61,688 bases of DNA, from contig CAXHJY010001364.1 of NCBI GenBank assembly GCA_964016885.1, positions 1-61,688 on the forward strand. Direction: 5' to 3'. Both the position numbers and the translations under genes were made by a program. Under the pieces are notes generated by a model. That model was not told the DNA's origin and ran no database searches. It was given only the letters and a program-made list of their open reading frames with translations. Shown here piece after piece: positions 1 to 24,029 of this stretch. The stretch is from Eledone cirrhosa. Its lineage: Eukaryota. Positions within the stretch are counted from its first letter, which is position 1. The number at the start of each line of letters is the position of its first letter.

Positions 1-27
1 TACACACATATATATATATATACATAC

Positions 28-58
<31 letters not shown>

Positions 59-69
59 CACATATATAC

Positions 70-100
<31 letters not shown>

Positions 101-210
101 CATATATATATATACATATATATATATAACATATATACATATATATATATACATATATATATATACATATATATATATATACACATATATATATATATAT
201 ACATATATAC

Positions 211-241
<31 letters not shown>

Positions 242-268
242 CACATATATATATATATACATATATAC

Positions 269-315
<47 letters not shown>

Positions 316-378
316 CACATATATACATATATATACACATATATACATATATACATATATATATACATATATATATAC

Positions 379-409
<31 letters not shown>

Positions 410-412
410 CAC

Positions 413-461
<49 letters not shown>

Positions 462-478
462 CATATATATATATATAT
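1..478. repeat. Degenerate (TA)n microsatellite with TACA interruptions
   Basis: Direct reading; runs off window start. Confidence 0.97.
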
Positions 479-685
479 TGTTATATTTGGGGAGGGTCAT
501 ATTTGCGTAATATTGCCAGAATTAATAACAGAACACACTCACTGTTTGGTTGGTTTTCGCTTCTCGCTGTCTTTTATATATATATATCTGCGATCTAACT
601 TACTCGGTCCTCAATGTTGCCATTGACTGACCGGCGGTCAAAAATAATACAGATACAATATAGACAAACACATATATATATAGTT

Positions 686-729
686 TACATAAATCTTTCG
701 TTGCACATCTGCAACATCGTCAGTGGTGT
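686..729 (-). ncRNA. Minimal/degenerate type I hammerhead motif (PLE-type)
   Basis: Minus strand: acca CUGACGA u GUUGCA gaug UGCAAC GAAA ga UU; perfect 6-bp stem II, stem I poorly paired. Confidence 0.5.
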
Positions 730-890
730 TATATTCATTGTTCCTCCTGTTGTGTTGTATGTCTACGCCATTTTTTTTTTGTTCAGTCTGTCTATATATT
801 TATTTATTTATTTGCTTGTTTGTTATCTTATTTTATTTTGTCTTCTTTGCGCATGCGTTTGCGTGTGTGTATAGTGTTATGTGTGGATGT

Positions 891-1172
891 GTGATGTGTG
901 ACTAGTGTGTATAGTGTTGTCTGCTGGGTGACTAGTGTGTGTTTATGTGCTTGTGTATGTATTTATTTATCTTATTTTATTTAATTTAATTTACTTATTT
1001 ATTTATACTTCTCTTAGGTCAGTGTTGTTTGTGATGTGTGACTAGTGTGTATAGTGTTGTCTGCTGGGTGACTAGTGTGTGTTTATGTGCTTGTGTATGT
1101 ATTTATTTATCTTATTTTATTTAATTTAATTTACTTATTTATTTATACTTCTCTTAGGTCAGTGTTGTTTGT
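891..1172. repeat. 140-bp tandem duplication inside the PLE fragment
   Basis: actagtgtgtatagtgttgtc... at 901 and 1041, identical units. Confidence 0.9.
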
Positions 1173-1352
1173 TTGTGTGTTGTTGTTGTTCCACTCATTC
1201 TTTCTGTTTAGCTTTGGTCTTCTAATTTCTATTTCACTGGCCTCTCTGATTTGCCTATCTGCTGGGTCATTCCTATGTTTAGATATTATTCTAATTTCTA
1301 TGTTGTCTATGTTACCGTCATGATGTTGTCTAGCATGTTCGTATAGTACTGA
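1143..1352 (-). pseudogene. C-terminal fragment of PLE GIY-YIG endonuclease
   Basis: Manual translation (not in ORF track): [54 protein letters not shown]...stop at 1143; fits the S..H...H / R.I.EA..I....LN.K.EW pattern of PLE endonucleases. Confidence 0.75.
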
Positions 1353-1355
1353 CCC

Positions 1356-1389
<34 letters not shown>

Positions 1390-1399
1390 CATCGCCGCT

Positions 1400-13206
<11,807 letters not shown>

Positions 13207-13686
13207 CAAAGGAGCTCTTAAGAGTCAATGGCCATCCAAAATCACCGGGAGAGATGACCCCTTTAGCCTTAGTCAAGGCAGAATTCTAGGAGAAGGAAAA
13301 CTCTGATATAACACCTGCAACCCTGATGGTATCCAATGATGTTGACTTGTTCTTCTTTTTGGTAAATAGCATCTTGGTTAAGAGAGTGGACTGGCTTTGT
13401 GCAGTGCCTTTGCTCACTATAAAAGCTTCACGGCACAGGCATTGCTTTATATCTGGAGATCTCTCTGCACTTGTCCTCACATGGGCCCAGCACTATGTGT
13501 CAATAATTGTCCTACCATCGGCCTAGCACTATGTGTCAATGATTGTCACAGGTGTAGTGTTTGTACCAGAGGTTTCAAGTCGCTGGCTGGACTAAAAAGT
13601 CACACTCGTTCAGCGCTTCGGTAGGGGTTATCCTACATGGATGTAAAGTAGTGGCCGTACTCGAAAACGAGTTGGCAGCCACCATG
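13207..13686 (+). mobile_element. Non-autonomous bipartite RTE derivative (5'UTR joined to last zinc finger + 3' terminus)
   Basis: ~13237-13446 aligns by eye with LINE 5'UTR ~14982-15209 (ttctaggagaagg..aactc.gatata..acctgc..gatgttga..agagagtgg..gcacaggcattgc); 13544-13624 encodes CHRCSVCTRGFKSLAGLKSHTRS (LINE: CRLCARHFRSLAGLKSHIRS); tail tggccgtactcgaaaacgagttggcagccaccat matches LINE tail tggccatactcgataacgagggggcagccatcat. Confidence 0.85.
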
Positions 13687-14431
13687 TATATATATATATG
13701 TATGTATAGGGAGCGCTTATAGATAGGACAACACACGCTGTCTCTTCGTGGGGTAAGTTTTTAATTAATTTTTGTATTCTGAAACATCAAAATACAACAA
13801 TTTGTTGGTTACTGGACTCGGGAATGTCACGACAGAAGTTTGTGGAAGTTACACAAATATTTTAGTATATTTTAGCAGAGCAATCCTTATTTATATTTTA
13901 CATTTACTTACATCTCAATATAACATGGCTAGAATTCAAATTTTGCTAAGAGAAGAAAACGGTCAAATGAACTAGATACATCTCACTGTCCACACCACCA
14001 CAATAACGTCTACACTCTCTCCCCACCATCACATGTCATTACCATACCATACCCTATCGAGACTAAAGTCATCGACCTGTTGTCAAACTCTCTACTCTCT
14101 GATGAATGTATATATATATATGTGTGTGTATGTATATGTGTGTATATACATCACTCAGTCAAACGACCAGATTTCAACCCCAACATCTACAACAACAACA
14201 ACACCGGCACTAATGTTTACAGCAACAACAGCTTCAGAATGAACTGAAATGAACATTTACAACAATTACAACAACAACAACAACAGCGGCATCAAAACAT
14301 AAAAAAAGGAAGGGAAAAGAAAAAAGAAAAAAAGAAAAAGGGAAGGGGGAAAAAAAAAAAAAAAAAAAAAAAAAGGAGGAAAAAAAAAAAAAGAAAGGAA
14401 AAAAAAAAAAAAAACTCAAAATAACAAAACA

Positions 14432-14466
<35 letters not shown>

Positions 14467-14544
14467 CAGAACAACAACATCAACTGCCACCACCACCACC
14501 ACCGCCGTCGCCATCACCATCACCAGCGACCTTAAGAACAACTT

Positions 14545-14625
14545 TAATAATAATTTTTCTGCTTTTGGCACGGATCCAGCGACTGGCCCAGCGCATCACT
14601 GGTACTCTATTTTGTTGACTCCGTG
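14545..14625 (-). mobile_element. Fragment of tRNA-derived SINE family 1
   Basis: ttttggcacgg..ccagc..cactggtactctattttgttgactccgt resembles 30171-30236. Confidence 0.5.
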
Positions 14626-14756
14626 GAGAGCCATAACTCTATGCTGTAAAGCAATTATAGTAATACTGGACTGTAATACGATCGGCTTCAACTATACAAA
14701 CTCTTGAAAGTCAACAGTTGACATAATCTGGTAATCTTGTATCAGTAATGACGGTA

Positions 14757-14787
<31 letters not shown>

Positions 14788-14900
14788 CGTGTAAGTGAGT
14801 AGAGTAGCGTGTGTGTGTGTTTGTTGTGTGTGTGAGTGTTGCTGTGTGCACGCATATGTGTGCGTGTGTGTGTATGTCGTACGTATAAGTGTCAATAAGT

Positions 14901-14935
<35 letters not shown>

Positions 14936-14937
<2 letters not shown>

Positions 14938-17900
14938 GCGGGGACATAGAAATAATCGGGCTGGATGCCCGATCGCGCAGTTAAACCACTGGGAGTGAAG
15001 AACCCCTAGCCCATGTCAGGGTATTCTTCTAGGAGAAGGCATCTCAGGAAACTGGGTTAACTCCGATATAAAACCTGCGGCTCAGTAGTTACCGATGATG
15101 TTGATCTTTTCTTCTTTTCGGGTTATAGCTACTGTCGCTCAGAGAGTGGGATTGGTTCAGTGCACAGTCTTTCCTCACTTTAAAAATATTCGTCACGCAC
15201 AGGCATTGCACGAGTGCATTAATAATTATTAATAGTGTAGTATTATTATTATTATTATTATTATTACTATTATTATTACTTCTTTTTTTTTTTTTTTTTT
15301 TTTTTTCCAATTCAATGATGTTCCGGAACAATGTAAGCGAGATAATTGCCAATTTGGGTTCTGGAACAAAAGGGATCATTGGCAATAAGGGCAGGGGCCC
15401 CAAGTTATCACAACCTGGGCCCGCCCGTCATCGTGCCATTGTAATAGAGCCAAACAGGGCATTTAGTCTTGGCTGCTGGAACGTACGGACGCTGCTTGAC
15501 GGGGATTCTTTGGAGCGTCCTGAACGAAGGACCGCTCTTGTTGCGAAGGAGCTTCGACGTTGCGATCTTGACATCGTGGCTTTGTCTGAGACGAGGTTAG
15601 CTGGAGATGGTCATCTTACGGAATTTTGTGGAGAATATACATTCTTCTGGAAAGGAAGAGATGAAGGAACCAGAAGAGAGGCTGGGGTAGGATTTGCTGT
15701 TAAGACTGTACTGGTGAATAAATTAGAAGAATTCCCAGTGGGGATTAGTGAGCGTCTTATGTCCATGAGAGTTCCGCTGGACAAGGGAAGATATGCTACC
15801 CTGGTGAGTGTGTATGCTCCAACTATGAATTCTGTCGATGAAGAAAAACTGTCCTTTTACCATGCCTTGAAAGGTGTTTTAAGAAATATCCCTCAGGCAG
15901 ACAAAGTCATCGTGCTTGGTGACTTTAATGCTAGAGTGGGTAGGGATTTTAACACATGGAATGTAATCGGAAGGCATGGGGTGGGAAAGTGTAACAGCAA
16001 TGGTATGCTCTTGCTGCAGATGTGTGAGGAGCTGGATCTGTGTGTTACCAACACCATGTTCCAACAAAAGAACAAATTCAAGACCACATGGATGCATCCT
16101 GCATCTAAGGAATGGCATCTTTTGGACTACGTCCTAGTCAGGATGCGTGACAGACAGGATGTGCAGTGTGTTCGTGTTCTTCGTGGAGCTGAGTGCTGGA
16201 CGGACCACCGCCTGGTACGCGCAAAAGTGAATCTAATCACCAAACGTAAAATCCGGGCTCCTGGTGTTACCCTGCCCAAAAGATTGAATGCTGCTCGTCT
16301 TAAGGATAAAAATGTGAAGAGGACATTGGAAGAAGAGATGCAGGCTGCAGATCTTGGTGAGGATTGGCCGACCCTTAAAAAGTCGGTTTATGATGTAGGC
16401 AGACGTGTTCTGGGATTGGTGCAGAGAAAACATCAGGACTGGTTTGATGAGAAAGATGTGCATATAGATGACTTGTTGGCTGATAAGAGGCGCGCTCTGT
16501 CACGCTACTTGACGGCAAAGCCACGGGAGAGGAATACGTTGCATGAGGAGCTCAGGGATGTGGAATCACGTGTTAGGCGGAGTCTTTCTCAGATGAAGGA
16601 TCAGTGGTGGAGTGAGAAGGCTGGTGAGATACAAACTGCGTCTGATTGCAATAACACAAAGCTGTTGTACAGTCTCTTGCGTGAGGTTTATGGACCGTCT
16701 TCTTCTCTGGTGACACCGATTCGCAGCAGGGATGGCAAAGAACTTCTTCGTGACTCACAGGGAATTCTACGAAGGTGGCGAGAGCACTTTGATGATCTTT
16801 TGAATCAGCCGTCTGTCGTCAGTGAAGATTTCCTCAATCTCATTCCGGAAAGTCCTGTGAAAGTAGCTCTCGCAGAACCTCCGACACTTGTGGAGGTTGC
16901 AGTGGCTATTTCGAAGCTGAACAGTGGAAGATCTCCAGGTATGGATGGCATACATGCTGAGCTCCTACAATATGGTGGTGAGAGACTCCTGCAACATCTT
17001 CACTCTCTGTTTGGAGGGATATGGGCTAATGAATCCGTGCCTGAGGACTGGAGAGATGCGGTAATGGTGGTCTTGTACAAGGGAAAGGGTAACAGGAATG
17101 ATTGTGGGAACTACAGAGGTATATCATTGCTTTCTGTCGTGGGGAAAGTTTTATGTAGGGTGCTTCTGGACCGTCTGCTGACACACATTGCAGATTGTGT
17201 CCTTCCTGAAAGTCAATCTGGTTTTCGTGTTGGACGCGGCACTACTGATATGATCTTCTCAGCTAGACAGCTCCAGGAGAAGTGCATTGAACAGGGCTTG
17301 GATCTGTATCAGGTTTTTGTCGATCTGACAAAGGCTTTCGATACTGTCAACAGAGATGCATTATGGAAGGTTCTCCAGAAACTTGGTTGCCCTGATAAGT
17401 TCCTTGCTTTAGTTAGGTCTTTCCATGACGACATGAAGGCTTGGGTTAATGTCGGAGGTAACATGTCGGAGCCTATCTCAGTAAAAAATGGAGTGAAACA
17501 GGGGGATATTCCAGCACCGACCCTGTTTGCCATATACTTTGCAATGGTTTTCTGTATTGCATTCAGGAATTGCGAGCATGGTGTTTACATCCGATATCGA
17601 ACCTCAGGCAGCATATTTAACATCAGGCGCTTTGCTGCGAAGACAAAAGTATTTACATCAGTCATAAGAGACCTCTTGTATGCAGATGATTGCGATCTTG
17701 TAGCGCACACAGAGAGTGATATGCAGCACATTTTGAATGTATTTTCTGACGCTTGCACTGCCCTGGGTTTGACTGTCAGTCTCAAGAAAACCGTAGTCAT
17801 GTACCAACCTGCACCTGGTGGGCAGTACACTGAACCAAACATCTATGTGTATGGCAAACGACTTGGAGTGGTTGATCAGTTTGTCTACCTGGGAAGCACT

Positions 17901-18868
17901 GTCAATCGATACGGCAACCTTGACGGTGAAATCTCACTTAGGATTAGGAAAGCAAGTGATGCTTTCGGAAAGCTAGAAAGGCGACTCTGGGGTCGGCGAG
18001 ACATATGCAGGAGGACAAAGGTAAAGGTGTACAGGGCATGTGTACTCTCTTGTCTTCTTTATGCCTGCGAGACCTGGGTCACATATCGACGCCACCTTAA
18101 GCAATTGGAGCGTTTCCATCAGATGTGTCTCAGACGGATACATGGCGTTCGCTGGAGGGACCACATCAGTGATGTCGAGATTTTGGAAAGCTCTATGTGT
18201 GACAGTATAGAAGCTCTTGTGCTTAAGCAGCGACTCCGTTGGAGTGGTCACCTTGCCAGGATGAAGGATTCTAGAATACCAAAACAACTCTTCTATGGAG
18301 AGTTGGTTAAAGGAAAACGACCGCCACATAAACCAAAAAAGAGGTATAAGGATTCCTTGAAGGCCTCTCTGAAAGACGCTAACATCTCTGCTGATACATG
18401 GGAAAATATTGCTGCTGATCGTAATAAATGGAGAAAGACTGTATATGAGGGAAAAGTTGCCTTTGAGGCATCTCGAATCGCACACGAGAAAGTAAAGCGG
18501 GACGTGAGGAAGGGTATTGCTGTTGCACTTCCAGACGGCGAGGGTCCTCCTATGTTTCTGACATGCAGCGTCTGTGCGAGACTCTGCCTAAGCAAAGCTG
18601 GACTCGAAAGTCATCTTCGCAGTCATAAAGTAAGACCAGTGGTTGACTACCAGGCTGCTGTTGGAGATGCTACTCATCATGCTTGCCAAACATGTGGTAG
18701 AGAATGTAAATCAGCAGGAGGACTCAAGCGACATGCAAAAGTACACGAACTCCAACCACAGCCGACTATTCCCAGTAAATGTTTTGGTTGCCGACTCTGT
18801 GCAAGACATTTTAGATCATTGGCTGGGCTAAAAAGCCACATTCGATCGCAGCACTGTTAGTTGCTATC

Positions 18869-18912
<44 letters not shown>

Positions 18913-19201
18913 GCTTATGTGCGTGCGTGTGTGTGTATATATATATGAATATGTATATTATTATTGTTGTTGTCGTTATTATTATTATTGCTATTATTAT
19001 TATTATTATTATTATTATTGTTATTAATGTATGTGTGTATATATGTGTGAGTGTATGTGTATGTATGTGTGTGTGTATATATGTATGTATGTGTATGTAT
19101 GTGTGTGTGTATATATATGTGTATGTATATATATGTGTATATATATGTGTGTGTATATATATATATATATATATCTTTTCCCTTTTTTTTTTTTTTTTTT
19201 A

Positions 19202-19245
<44 letters not shown>

Positions 19246-19307
19246 TTTTTTTTTTTTTTTTTTTGTGCCATGGCCATACTCGATAACGAGGGGGCAGCCA
19301 TCATCAT
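14936..19307 (+). mobile_element. Full-length or near full-length RTE-clade non-LTR retrotransposon
   Basis: 5'UTR with ctaggagaagg motif, single long ORF, SSR-filled 3'UTR, terminal ctcg-ataa-cgag stem-loop and cat repeats; 5' boundary approximate, no TSD identified. Confidence 0.9.
15315..18860 (+). CDS. RTE LINE polyprotein: AP endonuclease, reverse transcriptase, three C-terminal C2H2 zinc fingers (1181 aa)
   Basis: APE motifs WNVRTL, ALSETR, VYAPT, GDFNAR, LDYVLV, TDH; RT motifs NYRGISLLS, QSGFR, DLTKAFD, GVKQG, YADD (17679-17690), YLGS; fingers CSVC..HLRSH, CQTC..HAKVH, CRLC..HIRSQH; uninterrupted ORF. Confidence 0.97.
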   Translation: MMFRNNVSEIIANLGSGTKGIIGNKGRGPKLSQPGPARHRAIVIEPNRAFSLGCWNVRTLLDGDSLERPERRTALVAKELRRCDLDIVALSETRLAGDGHLTEFCGEYTFFWKGRDEGTRREAGVGFAVKTVLVNKLEEFPVGISERLMSMRVPLDKGRYATLVSVYAPTMNSVDEEKLSFYHALKGVLRNIPQADKVIVLGDFNARVGRDFNTWNVIGRHGVGKCNSNGMLLLQMCEELDLCVTNTMFQQKNKFKTTWMHPASKEWHLLDYVLVRMRDRQDVQCVRVLRGAECWTDHRLVRAKVNLITKRKIRAPGVTLPKRLNAARLKDKNVKRTLEEEMQAADLGEDWPTLKKSVYDVGRRVLGLVQRKHQDWFDEKDVHIDDLLADKRRALSRYLTAKPRERNTLHEELRDVESRVRRSLSQMKDQWWSEKAGEIQTASDCNNTKLLYSLLREVYGPSSSLVTPIRSRDGKELLRDSQGILRRWREHFDDLLNQPSVVSEDFLNLIPESPVKVALAEPPTLVEVAVAISKLNSGRSPGMDGIHAELLQYGGERLLQHLHSLFGGIWANESVPEDWRDAVMVVLYKGKGNRNDCGNYRGISLLSVVGKVLCRVLLDRLLTHIADCVLPESQSGFRVGRGTTDMIFSARQLQEKCIEQGLDLYQVFVDLTKAFDTVNRDALWKVLQKLGCPDKFLALVRSFHDDMKAWVNVGGNMSEPISVKNGVKQGDIPAPTLFAIYFAMVFCIAFRNCEHGVYIRYRTSGSIFNIRRFAAKTKVFTSVIRDLLYADDCDLVAHTESDMQHILNVFSDACTALGLTVSLKKTVVMYQPAPGGQYTEPNIYVYGKRLGVVDQFVYLGSTVNRYGNLDGEISLRIRKASDAFGKLERRLWGRRDICRRTKVKVYRACVLSCLLYACETWVTYRRHLKQLERFHQMCLRRIHGVRWRDHISDVEILESSMCDSIEALVLKQRLRWSGHLARMKDSRIPKQLFYGELVKGKRPPHKPKKRYKDSLKASLKDANISADTWENIAADRNKWRKTVYEGKVAFEASRIAHEKVKRDVRKGIAVALPDGEGPPMFLTCSVCARLCLSKAGLESHLRSHKVRPVVDYQAAVGDATHHACQTCGRECKSAGGLKRHAKVHELQPQPTIPSKCFGCRLCARHFRSLAGLKSHIRSQHC

Positions 19308-19460
19308 ATATGTATGTATATATATATATATGTATGTATATATATATATATGCATGTATATATATATATATGTATGTATATATATATATATATGTATGTA
19401 TGTATATATATGTATGTATGTATATATATGTATGTATGTATGTATATATATGTATGTATG

Positions 19461-19495
<35 letters not shown>

Positions 19496-19762
19496 GTATG
19501 TATATATATATATATATATGTATGTATATATATATGTATGTATATATATATATGTATGTATATATATATATGTATGTATATATATATATGTATGTATATA
19601 TATATATATGTATGTATATATATATATATGTATGTATATATATATATATATGTATGTATATATATATATATATGTATGTATATATATATATATATATATG
19701 TATGTATATATATATATATATATATGTATGTATATATATATATATATGTATGTATATATATG

Positions 19763-19859
<97 letters not shown>

Positions 19860-20284
19860 GTATGTATATATATATATGTATGTATATATATATATGTATG
19901 TATATATATATATATATAGATATGTATATATATATATATAGATATGTATATATATATATATAGATATGTATATATATATATATAGATATGTATATATATA
20001 TATATATATGTATGTATATATGCATATGTATGTATGTATATATGCATATGTATGTATGTATATATGCATATGTATGTATGTATATATGCATATGTATGTA
20101 TGTATGTATGCATATGTATGTATGTATGTATGCATGTATGTATGCATATGTATGTATGTATGTATGTATATGTATGTATGTATGTATGTATGTATATGTA
20201 TGTATGTATGTATGTATATGTATGTATGTATGTATGTATGTATATATGTATGTATGTATATGTATATATATATATATATGTATG

Positions 20285-20315
<31 letters not shown>

Positions 20316-20640
20316 GTATGTATATATATATATGTATGTATATATATATGTATGTATGTATATATATATATATATGTATATATATATGTATGTATGTATA
20401 TATATATATATATATGTATGTGTATATGTATATATATATGTATGTGTATATATATATGTATATATATATATATATGTATATATATATGTATATGTATGTG
20501 TATATATATATGTATGTGTATATATATATGTATGTGTATATATATATGTATGTGTATATATGTATGTGTATATATATATGTATTTGTATATATATATGTA
20601 TATATGTATATGTATGTATGTATATGTATGTATGTATATG

Positions 20641-20703
<63 letters not shown>

Positions 20704-21065
20704 GTATATATATATGTATGTATGTATGTATGTATATATGTATCTAGGAGATACATATATATACACATACATACATATATATACACATACATACATATAC
20801 ACATACATACATATACACATACATACATATATATACACATACATACATATATATACACATACATACATATATATACACATACATACATATATATACACAT
20901 ACATACATATATATACACATACATATATACATACATACATATATATATACATACATATATACATACATATACATACATACATACATACACATACATACAT
21001 ATATACATACATATACATACATACATATATATATATACATACATACATACATACATACATACATA
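19308..21065. repeat. (TA)n/(TATG)n tract directly after the LINE 3' end, folding back to TACA polarity at ~20747
   Basis: Direct reading; tatatatgtatct-agg-agatacatatata at the switch. Confidence 0.95.
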
Positions 21066-22139
21066 GGTTCATTCGTCTGACGGTCTTAGTGTTCTAAAAC
21101 ATGGATTTCTAATTACACACACACACCCACACACACGTCTCGTAATTCAGTTATCTGATAAAAAAAAAAAGCGATTGTTCAAATATGTACCAGAGTCGAT
21201 GTGATCAATGAAATCAAGGTGATGAACCAGCATGGCCGCAGTCGAATGACTATATCCAATAAAAGAATAAAAAAACATAAGTAAAGCTGAACAGAAGAGA
21301 TAGGTAAAATTAAACGAAATTTATATTCAAATAGATATATGATATAGTCTATATATTCTCCAGACACGATCGCCTTTCTGGCAGTCTGGTGTTTATAAAA
21401 TTATGGTTATATACCATCTACATCTGTAGAAGAGGAGATAATATATAACTATAATTTCATGAATGTTCGACTGAGAAATACGATCGTGTTAAGAGAAAAT
21501 ATAGAATATATTATATATTTATTTCAATATGCAGTTTGATTATATTTTCAAGTATCTCTTTGTCTTAGCTCTATTTATATATATTACTGTATTCCTGAAT
21601 TCCATTCCTGTTCTAACAAACATTCCTGCCACATCTCTATTAAATGTTTCATTATGTAGTGATCGCTTTTAATGTTTGTAGTGGAACTATCATAGCATGG
21701 TTCATAATAGAGGTGAATATGAAAACCCAAATATTTATATATCTTAATGTTATACAAGTCCCTTGCGTTTCATCAGTTAGAGTTTGATAAAAGTTATAGT
21801 CTAGTAGTGGGGTGATTCTTCCTCTATGTCTCTTTATCACTTGTTCTCTCTCACTATATTCTTCTCCGTATTCAAACTTGGAGAGGGATTGGCTCTGCCA
21901 GGTTTCACATTGCTCTAGAAACGTCATATGTCAATATGACGCCCCAACGAGTCCTTCATGAGTTACAGTACCATGCATTCATGTATATAGCTCCTGATAA
22001 AACTATTTAAAACTTTGATCATATCATTTCTATAGCCATGTGAGAACGTCAGACCCTAGTCGTCCTTTTCAAATGAGATGACATGAACACAATGTAGCAA
22101 ATATGTATTTATTACATGCATATATTGCATCTTATGAAG

Positions 22140-22415
22140 TCGCAGGACGTAGTGTTCCGGATGATCGACCAACGATCGTAAGATTGTGAGTTCAAGTTCC
22201 AGAGATCGTTGGTTACCTTGAGAATGCTACATGTTTTAAGTTTCCCCAGCCCACTCGGTTTCTTAACAGTTTCTGTCTACACAATTTCATTCCCAATACA
22301 AATGTCAACTCATGGCTATAATAAATGATCTTGCGCAGAACTCCATGCAAAGACATCAAACTCCGGGACCCAACTATTGCAAAGCGATCTCCTTAACCAT
22401 TTGACCATGTAGCGT
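22140..22415. mobile_element. Degraded tRNA-SINE fragments (one +, one -)
   Basis: gtgagttcaagttcc B-box-like sequence and ccagcccactc similar to the SINE at 30392-30672; 22320-22415 similar to 31385-31497. Confidence 0.4.
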
Positions 22416-22695
22416 TTATATTATCGCTTGATCTTCTGGAAAATACCAACTAAAAACCGAGAGAAGCAAAATAAGAAAGAAAAAACGAAAAAGTAGTGGT
22501 AGTAGTGGTGGTGGTATTAGTAGTGGTGGTGCTGGTAGTAGTAATAGTGGTGGTGCTGTTAGTAGTAGTAGTAGTGGTGGTAAACAAGAAGAAAACGAGA
22601 TTACAAGAAGGAAAAAAAAACCTAATGCAATGATGAAGATGGCCATAACAAGAACCAGGATGTCGGTACTGTAATGTTATGGATGTTTACCATCT

Positions 22696-22712
22696 ATATA
22701 TACCTTCAACTA

Positions 22713-22777
<65 letters not shown>

Positions 22778-23277
22778 ATGTACATATGGACATATATATA
22801 TATACATATGTATATATATCTGTACATATATATATCTGTACATATGGACATATATATACATATGTATATATATCTGTACATATATATATCTGTACATATA
22901 TATATCTGTACATATATATATGATACGTATAATATACATATGTACATATATATATATATGATACGTATAATATACATATGTACATATGTATGTTACGTAT
23001 AATATACATATGTACATATGTATATTATACGTATCATATATATATATATATATACATATGTATGTTACGTATAATATACATATGTACATATGTATATTAT
23101 ACGTATCATATATATATATACATATGTATGTTATACCTATCATATATATATATATATATGATACGTATAATATGCATATGTACATATGTATATATATGAT
23201 ACGTATAATATACACATGTACATACATATATATATATATATGATACGTATAATATATATATATATATATATGATACG

Positions 23278-23308
<31 letters not shown>

Positions 23309-23680
23309 CGATACGTATAATATACACATGTACATATATATATATGATACGTATAATATACACATGTATATATATATATATGATACGTATAATATACACA
23401 TGTATATATATAATATACACATGTATATGTATATATAATATACATGTGTATATATATAAGATATATATAAGATACACATGTATATATATATATATATATA
23501 TAAGGTGTGCATGCGTGCGTACAAGTTGGTGAACGTATAAATATATATATATATATATATATATACCTTCAACTACTTGTGTGTGTGCGTGTGCGTGTGC
23601 GTGTGCGTGCGTATGTATGTATGTGTGTATGTATGTGTGTATGTGTGTATGTGTGTATGTGTGTATGTATGTATGTATGT
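22696..23680. repeat. Complex TA-derived minisatellite (atgatacgtataatatacatatgtac units) plus (GT)/(GTAT) repeats
   Basis: Direct reading. Confidence 0.9.
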
Positions 23681-24029
23681 ATTCAGATAAAGAGGGAAAA
23701 ATCGAAGAGATGCAAACACACGCACATCCATATTTACATACATATATGCATAAACATACACACTAATCTTCAACCTACAAAATAATATCTTCTACAGAAT
23801 TGGTTTATGTAAAAGAATCGCAATAGAAATTCCAAATTGCAATGATAAAAACCTTCACTTGAAGAACCACTACACGCTGTCAGCTCTAAACATTTTAACA
23901 TTTTTTATTCTTTCTTCGTTTTCTGTCTGCCCCCTCTCTTCTACTCTCCCACTCCCTAGGGGATTCTTATACGCATTTCTTCTAAAATATATTGACTGAT
24001 TCCTTGATCTAGATTCACAAATGGCTTTA

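Larger units (their letters stand above)
479..1399 (-). mobile_element. 5'-truncated Penelope-like element (3' end: GIY-YIG C-terminus + pLTR with HHR motif)
   Basis: Minus-strand GIY-YIG C-terminal peptide, then UTR with a CUGACGA...GAAA hammerhead core, ending ...atgaccctccccaaatataaca in TA repeat; the same terminus recurs at 42099, 50389 and 54630. Confidence 0.75.

Noticed and set aside
14936-15080. HDV-like ribozyme at the RTE 5' end
   Set aside because: Known in some RTEs, but I could not build the double pseudoknot by eye; needs a descriptor search
15879-18595. Antisense ORFs within the LINE
   Set aside because: Shadow ORFs of the RTE coding strand
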